Under the pieces are notes generated by a model. The model worked only from the letters and a program-made list of their open reading frames with translations. It made no database searches and had not been told where the DNA came from. Shown one piece after another: positions 27,372 to 41,070 of a stretch of 64,000 nt of DNA. The position numbers and the translations under genes were made by a program. Position 1 is the first letter of the stretch, and the number at the start of each line of letters is the position of its first letter. The stretch comes from Octopus vulgaris (Eukaryota), in the NCBI GenBank assembly GCA_951406725.2, contig OX597825.1:5828001-5892000 (forward strand). The letters are read 5' to 3'.

Positions 27372-27763
27372 TCTCTAGATATATAAAGCTGAAGTTGTCT
27401 GTGTATGGCAGTTTTGGTAGCCTTCAACTAACACTAACTCCTCCGAGACCCTGCGGCGCAAGTTAACTAAAATTGAGTGTATAATAGAAGAAGCCTTGCT
27501 CTTCTTTCTGTAGAAGAAAAAATTCTAATCGGACCATGTTAACACCAAAAATTATTAACATCAAAAAGGTGCTTTTTTACTATGAAAATCCCTATTTTTT
27601 ACGATTTTTTCACTGCTGTGTCGCCACTTTTCGGTGTATTTCAACCAGAAAAATGTTCACTTAAAGAGAATTACAAGCTACATAATGCAAAATTTTTACT
27701 CTTCAAAAATTACAATTCTAAAGGGTCGAAACAAACCCGAGCAACGCCGGGCGATACTGCTAG
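27372..27763 (+). mobile_element. Non-autonomous Helitron
   Basis: A|TC start (TCTCTAGATATATAAAG), subterminal hairpin CCCGAGCAACGCCGGG (27736-27751), CTAG|T end, no TSD. Confidence 0.85.
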
Positions 27764-28396
27764 TAGAAAATAAGGCTTACTGACCAAAGACTAAAAAGTA
27801 GGAACATAAATTTTGTTACAGTGTTATCGTAGAAGATTTTGCACGTCTAAATATAGTTGCCTTGCTTTTGCATCGGCAGAAATGCTAAGTTTATATTTCC
27901 TACATTCCATCGTTTCTGTCAACAGTTGTGAAACATAACATGTCTGCCGGCTCTCAGATCATTCAATATGTCGTGTTAATACTTCTGTTATGTCTCTGTA
28001 TTCTGACGACGAGACAGCCGAGAAAGCTTCGAGCAAGTTTTTTATTTATATTTAAATCAGATAGCAGAATAAAATCACAAACAACGGTGACCTTTATAGC
28101 GTCGATATTCTTGGTATAAATAGCAAACATATAAAGGAAGTTTGTTTGTAAAAGCACGCCGTCCTTTCGATCGTCGCTCGTCGTACATGAAACATATTGT
28201 ACAAAGGACTGATGACAGGCAGAAGCCAGCAGTTTAACCTCTTTGCAACAACAACAAAAATGACATTGAAAGCAATATGAACAGAGCTAGCACAGTAGTT
28301 CTTCAATTGACAAAATCCCGGTCCGTCACCAAAATATTTTAAAGATATTTTTTTTCTTTTTGTTCCTTCTCGACTGCTTTTAATTTAACTTTGTAT

Positions 28397-29060
28397 AGGC
28401 GCAGGTATGTCTGTGTGGTAAGAAATTTGTTGCCCAAACACATGGTCTTGGGTTCAGTCTCACTGAGTGGCACCTTGAGCAAGTTTTTTTCTACTCTATC
28501 CCCGGGCCGGCCCAAGTCTTGTGACTGGATTCCGTAGACGGAAACTGAAAGAAGCCTATCGTATATATACGACAGGAGTAGCTGTGTGGTAAGTAGCTTG
28601 CTTACCAACCACATGGTTCCGGGTTCAGTCCCACTACGTGGCACCTTGGGCAATTGTCTTCTTCTATAGCCTCACAAAGCCTTGTGAGTAGATTTGGTAG
28701 ACGGAAACTGAAAGAAGCCCGTCATATATATATATATATATACATATTAATATATATATATGTATGTATGTATGTGCGTGTTGTGTATGTATATATATAT
28801 ATACATATATGTATGTGAGTGTGTGTGAGTATTTATGTGTGTGTGTCTTTGTGTCTGCGTTTGTTCCCCGACCATCGCTTGTCAACAGATATTGGTGTGT
28901 TTATGTCCCCTAAATCTAGCTCTTCGTCAAAAGAGAACCGATAGAATAAGTACTAGGCTTACAAAGAGTCAGTCTTGGGGTCGATTTCTTCGACTAAAGA
29001 CGGTGCTCCAGCATGGCCACAGTCAAGCGACTGAAACCTGTAAAAGAGTAAAAGAGTAAG
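28397..29060 (+). mobile_element. SINE family B with tandemly duplicated head
   Basis: Two ~175-bp heads (28397, 28573), then microsatellite core and tail. Confidence 0.85.
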
Positions 29061-29302
29061 AGATATATGTATGTATGATATATATATGTGTGTGTGTGTG
29101 TAGAAAGGTAAGGTAGGGAGAGAGAGAGGGAGTAAGGTATACGTAAATACTGACGCATACAAAAAACATTTCTTTTTTCCAAATATGCCTCCCCACTATT
29201 TTGCCCGGAAAGGATCAGCATTGAAATAAGTTAATAAAACAATACAGAAATACCACAAAACTCAAATAAAATCTAACACAAAGTAAGAGAATAATAGAAA
29301 GA

Positions 29303-29359
<57 letters not shown>

Positions 29360-29366
29360 GTGGTTA

Positions 29367-29778
29367 AGGTTGTGAGATGGCAGAATAGGTAACGCACCGG
29401 CCAAAATGCTTAGCGGCATTTCGTCCGTCTTTACATTCTGAGTTCGAATACCACCTTTCATCCTTTCGGGGTCGATAAAATAAGTACCAGTTGCGTACTA
29501 CGGTCGATTTTATCGACTTATCCGCTCCCACGTAATTGCTGGCCTTGTGACAAAATTTAAAATCAGTTAACATTATGCCTCTGTTTAAGGCGGCGTGCAA
29601 AATTCTCGAACGAGCAAAATGTTCAGTCTTTATGCTCTGAGTTCGAATATCGCCCGGGTCAACTTTCTCTTTCATCCTTTCGGGATCGATAAAATAAGTA
29701 CCAGTTATGCACTGGGGCCGATGTAATCGATTTACATCCTCTTTGAGCTTGCTGGCCTTGTGCCAGAATTTGAAATCG
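29367..29778 (+). mobile_element. Two tandem SINE family A copies after (TAT)n
   Basis: Central domain CTTTCATCCTTTCGGG.TCGATAAAATAAGTACCAG occurs twice. Confidence 0.8.
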
Positions 29779-30204
29779 TTATTATAGCTGTGTTTGTAAA
29801 TATGATTGTAAAAAAATACTTATGTTTATAAAGCTCAATGATGATCATACCCGTCTACGAATTAACACCCACCATAGCAATGTAGAGTTTATATGCGAGT
29901 GAGTATATATTATATATACATTTGTGTGAATCCATGCGTGTTATATATGCACGGCTCTATGTATGTTCGTGCATCCGGAAAAATATGTTTGATTGTAAGG
30001 ATGAAAAATACGTCTCATTCGCTGTAATAAAAAACGGTTTACTAGGTTGATAACCCCAGCATAGACGCATTTTCAGTGATAACACAAAGAGTGTATGCTT
30101 AGTAAGCTGATATACCAGCATATATCTTTTATCCTTTATTTTTTTACCTATTTCAGTCATTGGACCGAGGTCATGGCAGAGCAATGCCTTCTAGAAACAG
30201 TACT

Positions 30205-30264
<60 letters not shown>

Positions 30265-30477
30265 TATTTTACTCTTTTACTTTTTTCAGTCATTTGACTG
30301 CGGCCATGCTGGAGCACCGCCTTTAATCAAGCAACTCGACCCCGGGACTTATTCTTTTGTAAGCCCAGTACTTATTCTATCGGTCTCTTTTGCCAAACCG
30401 CTAGGTAACGGGGACATAAACACACCAGCATCGGTTGTCAAGCAATGCTAGGGGGACAAACACAGACACACAAACAT

Positions 30478-30478
<1 letters not shown>
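30265..30478 (-). mobile_element. SINE family B tail half
   Basis: CAGTCATTTGACTGCGGCCATGCTGGAGCACCGCC...GGGGGACAAACACAGAC. Confidence 0.85.
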
Positions 30479-30560
<82 letters not shown>

Positions 30561-30762
30561 GTTTTATATATATATAATCCGGAGGATTCATGAAGTTTTA
30601 AAGCCTGGAGATTACTATATCGGTCTTTTTTTGTTTATTCAAGCCTCTAAGTTACGAGGGAGTAAAATGGAACAAAAAATAACACCGGCCGTCAAGCAGT
30701 GGTCGGGGACAAACATAACACCAAGTTACACAAAGTTACACACATGCACAGATATATACGTG

Positions 30763-30838
<76 letters not shown>

Positions 30839-30867
30839 CAGACAGACACGCACTCTCATATATAATA

Positions 30868-30985
<118 letters not shown>

Positions 30986-31213
30986 AATGTGTATATACCT
31001 ATATATATATATGCATGAATATATATATATATATACACGTGTATATATATATATGTATGTATATATATGTGTGTGTGTATATACGTGTATGTGTATATAT
31101 GTGTGTGTGTATTTGTATTTATATATATATGTACGTGTGTATATATATATATGTATATATTTATATGTATATATGTATGTGTGTATATTTATGTGTGTAT
31201 GTATATATTCATG

Positions 31214-31257
<44 letters not shown>

Positions 31258-31799
31258 CCCCCAAGAAAGGGGTTGTGGGTCCAACCCACTAAGGGATAAT
31301 ATCTATCCAATATACTATTGGTATAATACCCAATTATTAATACACAAGTGTTTTTATTGCATTGCAATTAACTTACCTAGTGTATTAAATGGGTAAAGGT
31401 AAAGAGATATTTTACCATTAATTTATATTACAAATAAGAAAATGGAGAAGCTCAATTGTTGGTTCATCAACTTTAGGACATTAAAATGTTAACCTATTTA
31501 TTTATTAAAATGATAATTATAATAACATGATAAATATAATAGTATTTTATTCTATGCTTATATAATAAGAATACAAGTAATTATTAAAAAAAACATGAAT
31601 ATAATTATTAGAATCACTTACGGCTACGACGGAGTCCTTTCAGTTTCCGCCAACCAAATCGACTTACAAGGCTTTGGTCGCCTCGGGGCTATAATAGAAG
31701 ACACTTGCCCACGCTGCCCCTCAGCTAAACTGAACCGTAGAGAACATGGTCGGGAATCATGGTTCTTAACCAGACAGCGACGGTTCTATAAGATAGCAA

Positions 31800-32135
31800 A
31801 ATCCAACTTATATAATTTGATTGACTTAGAAGCGATAGACTTAGCCTTATTATATCCCCCAACATAGATGATAATGTAGAGTGGCTGATAATTACCAAAC
31901 GCTATATTACATCAAACGACCGCAAATTCAATTTCTTAGCAAATCCCAGACGCCGGCTTATAATCCCGCTAAAGGCGAATTAGGTTAGATTAAAAGAAGT
32001 CTATTAGATTTCATCAACTCTACTATTTCACGAGAGACACACATTACACTGTAAAATAATAACACTTTGGCTTATCAAGTGTTTCGACTACCGCATTCTC
32101 TAGATTATTCTATTGATTTCTATGCACTCATCCTA
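31800..32135 (+). pseudogene. Penelope-like reverse transcriptase N-terminal remnant
   Basis: NIDDNVE...YITSNDRKFNFLANPRRRL/NPAKGELG*IKRSLLDFINSTI...SIDFYALI matches the PLE pattern FITLKDHK.NF.N.P..RLINPAKSELG.ISK.ILD.IN...DFYPSI. Confidence 0.75.
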
Positions 32136-32179
32136 CATGTGGAATTGAGATGGGAAATGGGTTACCCTTTAAGTATTTC

Positions 32180-32240
<61 letters not shown>

Positions 32241-32242
<2 letters not shown>

Positions 32243-32521
32243 TCAGATACCAGGAAACCCCAAAATGGCAGAAATTCAAAAGATAGAGCTCATGGGAGCT
32301 GCTCATATCCTACGCAAAATACTTTCTATGTAATCTCAAGTTTTAAAGCAAACATAATTTTCGTATGGTCTTTTAGACATTCACTGGTACAACACTAAGT
32401 ACAAAACCAAATATATGGCACCCTAGGCATAACACCAACATGAACTTCCAACTTGTTGTCTCTTGAGGTCTCTGGGTGAGATTTGGAGCCAATTTGTACA
32501 AATGTAAAGCAAAAGTCAAAC

Positions 32522-32523
<2 letters not shown>
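32241..32523 (+). mobile_element. 5'-truncated Dong/R4 3' end inside (TAA)n
   Basis: TQIPGNPKMAEIQKIELMGAAHILRKILSM* then 3'UTR; (TAA)n on both sides. Confidence 0.85.
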
Positions 32524-32586
<63 letters not shown>

Positions 32587-32619
32587 GTAATAGTAATAAT
32601 AATAATAATAATAATTATA

Positions 32620-32822
32620 ATAGAGATTGAAAGTTTCATATTAGCGGCACAAGATCAAAGCTTGCTTACCAAAAACTACCAGGCTGACGTTCTTCAAAAC
32701 GGTTCTGGCCCTAAATGCAGATTCTTCGATAAATTTGATGAAACAGTAGACTATTTCGTCTCGGGGTGTCCTGTGCTGACACCAAACGAATACAAAAATC
32801 GCCACGATAGAGTAGTACACTG
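32620..32822 (+). pseudogene. Dong/R4 zinc-knuckle region remnant
   Basis: ESFILAAQDQSLLTKNYQ...KCRFFDKFDETVDYFVSGCPVLTPNEYKNRHDRV (AAQDQ, degenerate CCHC, RHD motifs). Confidence 0.85.
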
Positions 32823-33119
32823 TATTTTATATGAATAAATAATATATATAGTCTTTTGACTAACTTTTTTATACACTAGGCTACTGGTAGTAAAAATTTC
32901 TATAATCTTTATTACCTTGATATTATTATGTATAATGATTTCTGGAAAATTCGTTCGAAGATATTGCCGGCATTTTTTTTTTGCTGCCGACAAAAAACTG
33001 CGTTTGCGAGGTGGATTTGAAAAATTTAAATGTATAAGCAAGAGGCACATGCTGGATTGGCCTCGTGTTTATAAGTTTAATCTTGGCGTACCTGTTGACG
33101 AAGACTTCGCCCGGCAAAT

Positions 33120-33286
33120 TATTTTATTTGCTAAAAAGAAAGTCAGAAATCATGTTCCAGGAAATAGATGGTAAATGTTTTTATTTTTCATTTCCTTCGA
33201 GAATTTCTCCCTAGTTAGTGGTTTGGACTTTAGCTGTTCCTTCTATCCTATGATGGATACCTCTTAATGTGTTTAAATGTACACTG

Positions 33287-33327
<41 letters not shown>

Positions 33328-33482
33328 TATATATAAGTATATGAAAGAATGGAGTTGAACGACTAGTTAACAAATATCCTTTATTCTCGACATATGTTTC
33401 GAAGGCTGATGTGAATTTGCTACCCAGGTATCGGTTATCTTTCGAATTATCCTTAATAAGATAATTCATTCAATTACTCAAA

Positions 33483-33485
<3 letters not shown>
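33120..33485. mobile_element. Two PLE terminal fragments around (TA)n (33120-33250 on +; 33350-33485)
   Basis: The first matches 19885-20040 with a decayed hammerhead. The second has (reverse complement) CTTC-GAAA-CATATG-TC-GAGAATAAA at ~33380-33404 and matches 10250-10325. Confidence 0.55.
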
Positions 33486-33561
<76 letters not shown>

Positions 33562-33908
33562 ATGAAAGTATTTAGACCTTGAATATATGTCCATTAGTAT
33601 GTCGATTAAAGCACACTTTAATGTGTGTACCAGCGTAAGGGGATCTCAGTATATCTAGTGGAATATTTTTCGATATCAAGCACCTGAACTGACACACCAT
33701 GAATTCTGTGTGTGTGTGTGTGTGTGTGTGTACTACGGGTTTCTTTCAGTTTCCGTCTACCAAATCCACTTACAAGGCTTTGGTCGGCCGAGGCTATAAT
33801 AGACGGTACTTGCCGTCTATTATAACCTATTATAGCCACATGGTTCTGAATCTAGAACCATGTGGTTGGGAAGCAGGCTTCTTACCACACAGCCACTCCT
33901 ACGCCTAT

Positions 33909-33950
<42 letters not shown>

Positions 33951-33955
33951 GTGTG

Positions 33956-33993
<38 letters not shown>

Positions 33994-33998
33994 GTGTG

Positions 33999-34039
<41 letters not shown>

Positions 34040-34660
34040 CTATATATATATGCGCCCGTGTGTGTGTGTGTATGTATGTATGTACGTACATGTGCTCATG
34101 CTTGTGTGTACACGTGTATATGTATAAAACTGTTTATGCTTGTATACGTGTGAGTATAAATCCATATATGTGAATGTATGTGTTTAGGTATGTATGCATG
34201 TGCGTCTGTGTGCTTGTGGGTGTGTGGAAACTATAATGTATATTGCCTGTGTGTGATGCATGAGTCAGCCTCTACGTGCACGTTTCATACACACGCACGC
34301 ACAGACACACACACCTACACATATTCATATGCGTGCATGTATGTGTGCGTGTATGTCTGTGTGCGTATGTGTATGTATGTATGTATGATAAATGAGTAAA
34401 AATAAGAAGAAAAAAAATGCAGAAGAGGTGCAAGTATCCACAAAGGGGTTATTAGTTTCACGCTTGAAAAGAAAAGAGAAAAGGAAAAGTGTATTTGACG
34501 GTTCGGACGTGACGTTCAAGCGTGAGTTCGTCTGCACTCGGTGTGTGCGTATATATTTGTGCATTGGTTGTGCATGTCCGTGTGCAAAAACGAGCCTTAA
34601 TAACCCCTTTATGTTGTCTTCTCTTTCTATGTAATTACTTGTGCATATGCCAGCATAAAT

Positions 34661-34740
<80 letters not shown>

Positions 34741-35182
34741 ATAAGTATTCTTTCATTCATTTACTTGTTTCAGTCATTCGACTGCTGCCATGCTGGAGCA
34801 CCACCTTAAAATGACTTTTAATCGAGGACTTACTCTTTGTAAGTCTAGTAGTTATTCTATCCGTTTCTTTTGTCGAACCACTAAGTTGTGGGGATGTAAA
34901 ATACATCGTCACCGGTTGTCAAGCGATGGTGGGGGAACAAAGAGAGACACAAAGGATACACACAAACAAATAATTAAATAAATATGTATGTGTGTGTGTA
35001 TATATATATACACGCACAAAAACACATACACCCGTGCACAAGCCCCTCCCCCCACGCATACACACACGCATACGCACAAAAACACACATACACTCACACA
35101 CGTACATAAACATACACACACATAAACACATACACTCGTACATAAGCACACATATACACACGCACATACTCACATAAACACC

Positions 35183-35805
35183 GCCGAACCGCTAAGTAAC
35201 GGGGACATAAACACACCAGCATCGGTTGTCAAGCAATGCTAGGGGGACAAACACAAACACACACACACACACACACGCATATATATATATACATATATAC
35301 GACGGGCTTCTTTCAGTTTCCGTCTACCAAATCCACTCACAAGGCTTTGGTCGGCCCGAGGCTATAGTAGAAGACACTTGCCCAAGATGCCACGCAGTGG
35401 GACTGAACCCGGAACCATGTGGCTGGTAAACAAGCTACTTACCACACAGCCACTCCTATATATATATATATACTACGGGCTTCTTTCAGTTTCCGTCTAC
35501 CAAATCCACTCACAAGGCTTTGGTCTGCCCGGGGCTATAGTAGAAGACACTTGCCCAAGGTGCCACGCAGTGGGACTGAACCCGGAACCATGTGGCTGGT
35601 AAACAAGCTACTTACCACACAGCCACTCCTATATATATATATATACTACGGGCTTCTTTCAGTTTCCGTCTGCCAAATCCGCTTACAAAGATTTTGTTGG
35701 CCCGGGGCTGTAGTTCAAGACACCCATCAAAGGCGTCACGCAGTGGGACTGAACCCGGAACTACGCGGTTGGGTAGCAAACATCTTATCACATAGCCACA
35801 CTTCC
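35183..35805 (-). mobile_element. SINE family B with three tandem heads (174-bp period)
   Basis: ACGGGCTTCTTTCAGTTTCCGTCT.CCAAATCC recurs at ~35302, 35475 and 35648. Confidence 0.9.
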
Positions 35806-37207
35806 GCCGGCCACGTGTGTCCCTGTGTTAGTACCTGTACGAGACCCCCATCTCTACCTGTTTCCATCTGGTTTGCATAGACAAATATACGTCTGCACGT
35901 GTTTGACTGATGAAATGTGCGTCTTTGTGCTGTGAGCATTTGTGCTAAGCGACCTCACCGTCTGCGTCAGCGGGACCTCCTCTGCATGCGTCCACGTATG
36001 CGTGTCTATGTGTGTGAACCTCTTGTATCTTATACGTGTGTATGTCCTTACTTTCCTCAGTGTGTGTGTGTTTATGTGCGTGTGTATATGCGTGCTTATG
36101 TACGAGTGTATGTGTTTATGTGCGTGCATGTGTGTGTGTTTATGTACGTGTATGTGTGTGTATGTGTGTGTTTTTGTGCGTATGTATGTGTGTGGGATTG
36201 TGCACGGGTGTATGTTTTTGTGCGTGTGTGTGTGTGTGTTTATGTACGTGTATGTGTGTTTTGATGCGTATGTGTGTGGTCTTGGGCACGAGTGTATGTT
36301 TTTGTGCGTGTGTGTGCGTGTGCGTGTGTTAGTGTCCGTCCGTGCATCTCATCTATGACTCACACTACGTCTCCATCTCGACGCACGCCGACGACCGCCA
36401 GTCAGCTAAACCTACCAACGATCCAACCAACCAGCCAGCCAGCCAGCCAGCAAGCTAGCATACCAACCAACCAGCCAGCAAGCCAGCCTGTCAGCCTTGC
36501 AGACAGACACGCCGACAGACAGACGGCCCGCCTTATCCCACCTCAGCCAACCGCAGCCTGCCTTAGTGACCCACTACCCCAGACATCGCTTTCCTATCAA
36601 TACACTGTAATATTATACAATGGCATACATTTTTTTTTTATGACACGGTGTGTGCCTGTATGGGCGCGGATGTGTGTGTATGTGTCTATATACGGGCACG
36701 CACTCTGATATATGGATGTGTGTATGTGTTCATGTATATGTGTAGTGTATTGTATGTGTGTGTGTGTGTGTTTGTCTGCGCCTGCCTCGCTCTCTGTCGG
36801 GTTTCTCTTTCAAAAAGGAGTATTTTTGTTGTTGTTGTTGAGTAAAAATTTTATTGTGTGTATGCATGTATGTATGCGTAGCGCGCGCATCTGTGTGCGT
36901 GTGTGTGATGTGTCCCTGCGTATGTGTGCGCATGTGTACGTTTTGTGAGCGCGGGATTTGAACTCTTCCAAAAATAAACACACGCGTAGGCATAAAATAC
37001 TTTACGTACACTTTCACGCACATGCGCGTGCACACACACACACACAGGAGCACACATGCACACACATAAGAGCACACACACACACACACACACACACGCA
37101 TACATCCGCACATACGTATATGTGTGTGTGTATGCGTGTATATATATATAATATGTAAGCATTTCTGTTTGTGTGACTACATATGGATTATACTTATACG
37201 TGTATAA

Positions 37208-37246
<39 letters not shown>

Positions 37247-37249
<3 letters not shown>

Positions 37250-37456
37250 ACCCCTCGACTATCGCGGGTGTTACGTTCCAAAAACCCCCGCGATAGGTCA
37301 AAATCCGCGAAGGAGAATCAGTCCTCTACTGTATATATATATTTCTTTATTTTTATAATTTGTATATATTTATTTTATTATACATGCAAAACAACTGCAC
37401 AGAAGAATCGACGTAAGCTTAACTAATAAACCGTGATATGGCGAGGGATTACTCTG
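37247..37456. mobile_element. pogo/Tigger-like MITE
   Basis: Left end CATAACCCCTCGACTATCGCGG; right end (reverse complement) CAGAGTAATCCCTCGCCATATCACGG; TA context. Confidence 0.5.
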
Positions 37457-37768
37457 TGTGTGTGTGTGTCTGTGTGTGTGTGTGTGTGTGTGTGAGCGAG
37501 TGTGTGTGTGTGTGTACATACACACATACATACATATATATATACAAACATACATGCATATATATATACATATATATGTATTTATATATGTATGTATGTA
37601 TATTTATACATACAAACATACATTCATACATATAACTATGTATGTATCCAAATGGATTTAAAACCAAACATCCTATTGATTATAGCTTTATGTGCATCGA
37701 GATTCACTGTTCCGAAAGAAAAATATTTTACGTGTTCGCGAAACTTTATAAACTATTACCACGTCAAA

Positions 37769-37814
<46 letters not shown>

Positions 37815-38022
37815 AAGCATAATTTACTCACATAGACGCAGAGTAAAAGATATATATATCTTAAATGTTTAGAAAGATGGAAATAATTAACTTGCACACA
37901 AGCACACACACACACACACATACAGACTCACAAACACACATACACTTACATATACATACACACACACATGTATATATATAAATGCACATGCAGCACACAC
38001 ACATATATACATACACACCCAA

Positions 38023-38054
<32 letters not shown>

Positions 38055-38299
38055 CGGAGTACCAACGAATTTGGATCAAACTGTTTTGATCCAAACACAC
38101 ACACACACACACACACACATATTTAATGTTTGAACGCAGACATATGGTCGGTAGCCGCATTTTACAAACTCCAAAGTTCGCGCGTGCGCGTGTACGCGTG
38201 TGCGTGCGTGTGTGCGCATTGTGAGCAGCCATTGTAAGCGTCTGGGTCAATCTAGACGTATGTTATGTTTAAATATATATCAACCAAAGATTTCTACGT

Positions 38300-38350
38300 C
38301 CCTACCGCATACACCGGAAGTCACAACGTTCTCTCGTTTCCCGCCAAAGC
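38300..38350. promoter_or_regulatory. Adjacent consensus ETS and E2F motifs in a CpG-rich unique patch
   Basis: ACCGGAAGT at 38313-38321; TTTCCCGCCAAA at 38337-38348. Confidence 0.35.
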
Positions 38351-38723
38351 AGAGGCAGCCCTCTCTCTCTTTACACACGCACATTCTTTGTGTGTGTAGA
38401 CAGGAACGCCAGAAAGGTGACGGGAAGTGGGAGAGGTCGGCTTCTTTATTTCCTTTCTTGTCTTATCTTCCTATTCCAGTCCCACCCTTCCTTTCTCTCT
38501 CCCTTTCTTCCTTATCTATTTCTTTAACATTTCCCTCAGCACCTCTCTCATTCCTTTCTATCTCTACCTCTTTTCTCTCTCTCCCTCTCCCTCTCTCTCT
38601 CTCTCTCTCTAGTTGCATCTATCTATAAACTATCAATTTATCTACCAACTTTTCTATCCATCTCTGTATCTATCATCTTTCTGTCTAGCCATCCATCCAT
38701 TCACCCATCCATCCATCTGTCAG

Positions 38724-38756
<33 letters not shown>

Positions 38757-38781
38757 GTCTGTCTACCTATCGGTCTATCTC

Positions 38782-38814
<33 letters not shown>

Positions 38815-38819
38815 TCTAT

Positions 38820-38864
<45 letters not shown>

Positions 38865-39202
38865 GTATCTGTCTGTTTGTTTATCTTTCTCTTTATCTAG
38901 CTCTCTTTATATCTATCTGTCTACCCATCAATCCATCTATATCTTATCCTCTTCACTCTACAGCTTCTTTCTGCCTCTGAAGCCGTACGGTTTGTGTTCT
39001 AAATTCTTCAACAATTCCACGTCTGTCTTGATTTGAATGAACTTAAGCATCTAACCGTCTGCTTTTCTTTCCGTCCCTCCCTCTTTCTTTCCCTATACGT
39101 ATGCTTAGACACACACACACACACACACACATACATACATACATACATACATACATACATACATACATACATACATACATACATGTTTACATACATACAT
39201 GC

Positions 39203-39233
<31 letters not shown>

Positions 39234-39235
39234 CA

Positions 39236-39267
<32 letters not shown>

Positions 39268-40055
39268 GCATGTTATATCACGTTTATATCAGTTACTGAG
39301 AGCGAAGAGTCGGCGAGAGTGCTTGAACATAGTCACAATGCCTGTCAGAAATAACGATCGAATCTCCCTTAAATCACTCCCTGCCGTATTAACTAAAAAA
39401 AAACAGACACACTGAATAATATGATCCTGGATACATTATGCATTGATAAAAAAAAAAAAAACGCAGTGTAGTCACTGTAAGAAAGCCATAGGTCTGTTCT
39501 GTCGAGGCTGGGCCGAGGCTAAATAATAACAATAGCAACTGGAATCAGATGTTGTTACCTTGTACCTAATTTTTTTAAATCATTAAAACCTCATTGATGT
39601 CGACCTTACTTTTAAATTTCGTCTTTGGTTCTTGATGGAGGGTAGGTATAAAATACAGCTGTAGCAGTTTAGTAAACGGCGGTAACCATTCCTTAAAATA
39701 TGTATCCTTGTGGCCTTTATTAGAAAATATTGTTATTACCGCAAAAAGACGTATATCAAAGCATTTCCTGTTTGTATTTGCATTTCTGTGTTTCGCACAT
39801 TCACTACATTTACTACATTCACGATGAATCCAAGGGGAAACAAGTCACAAGGGAAAGCCATAACATTAAGTCACAGAAAAAACATTCACGGCGAAAATAT
39901 GTTATAAATGATTAATCTAATGATTGTTTTATTTTTTTAGTTCTTCAGCTGACTGAGTGCATTTTTGTCGCTACTTCTGAGTTTTTTTTTTTTTTCTCAT
40001 TGGATCATTTTATTATTATTATAATTATTATTATTATTATTATTATTATTATCAA

Positions 40056-40091
<36 letters not shown>

Positions 40092-40092
<1 letters not shown>

Positions 40093-40280
40093 TTTCCTTC
40101 TTTCTTCAAATTTTCTTCCGTTTCTCGCTGGGTGTCTTCCGTACACCTAGGGCAGAGAAGCTCATTGTATGCATTCCCAGATTACACACGCAAATTCAAA
40201 GGTAAAATATGTATTTAAAAAATTAGTGAATAAATAAATTCATCAATGGATGTTGTTTTCACAGCGATAATGCTGTGATA

Positions 40281-40334
<54 letters not shown>

Positions 40335-40428
40335 TTATTATTATTATTGTCTTTTCACAGCTTCTAACGCTGGAGATGTACTACGGCATCAGCTGTTCAC
40401 TACCAGTGAACTAAGGTAACAGCCCTCA
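40092..40428 (-). mobile_element. Two short insertions in (TTA)n, probable 3' ends of TAA-associated LINEs
   Basis: Non-repetitive blocks 40092-40280 and 40349-40428, each bounded by (ATT)n; no diagnostic ORF. Confidence 0.4.
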
Positions 40429-40489
40429 TTATTATTATTATTATTATCATTAATTTTTCTAAAGATGTCTTCTGTTCTCCAATGATCGC

Positions 40490-41070
40490 CAACTGGCTTC
40501 CATCCTCTTAAGAGGATGAAGCAATGCTTATATGACGAGATACTCCCTTTTCCTTTAGTTACACCTGTTATTGTTTTGCTCAGTACCTCTCCTTGTCTTC
40601 TTTTTCCGGTTATTATTTGGAGAAGGACCTCTTCGGCTTCATGGCTCGACTGATAATGAGGACGAGGAAATTTCATATCCAGATTCACGACTTGTGTTTG
40701 ATGTCACTCAGCGACCGACAGACTCTTTGATTCGTTGTCGTTTCTTTTCTTTTTAACATTCTTAAAAGTTGTCATCTACTTTGGATGCTTGTCGCTAAAG
40801 TCTTCCTCTCATCACCTTCCATACACTCAATTCTACTGTTATTTTACGGTCTTGTATGTCCATAGTGACAGCCCTCATGTCACCAAATGCTGCACCAAAA
40901 CTGTCCATTTTTCCATATTGTGCCACGAAGGGGACAACTATCCAGGGATCGACATCGATGCCTATGTCCCCTGATGGTGAGATTTGTGTTCCTTCTTTCT
41001 TCTCAAATACTGAAGGACCAATTTACGGGCAGATATGTCGCATTCTATTTAGACTTGCGCATTCATCCTG
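40490..41070 (-). pseudogene. Degenerate RTE-clade LINE ORF C-terminus
   Basis: Reverse-complement fragments GTQISPSGDIGIDVDPWI, TYKTVK...VYG and EVLLQIITGKRRQG occur in RTE order. Confidence 0.45.

Noticed and set aside
28189-28230. GAAACATATTGTA...CTGATGA permuted hammerhead
   Set aside because: Stems I and II cannot be formed; likely chance.
35300-35805. Regularly spaced repeats suggestive of a CRISPR-like array
   Set aside because: The units are 174-bp tandem SINE heads with no unique spacers; eukaryotic context and no cas genes.
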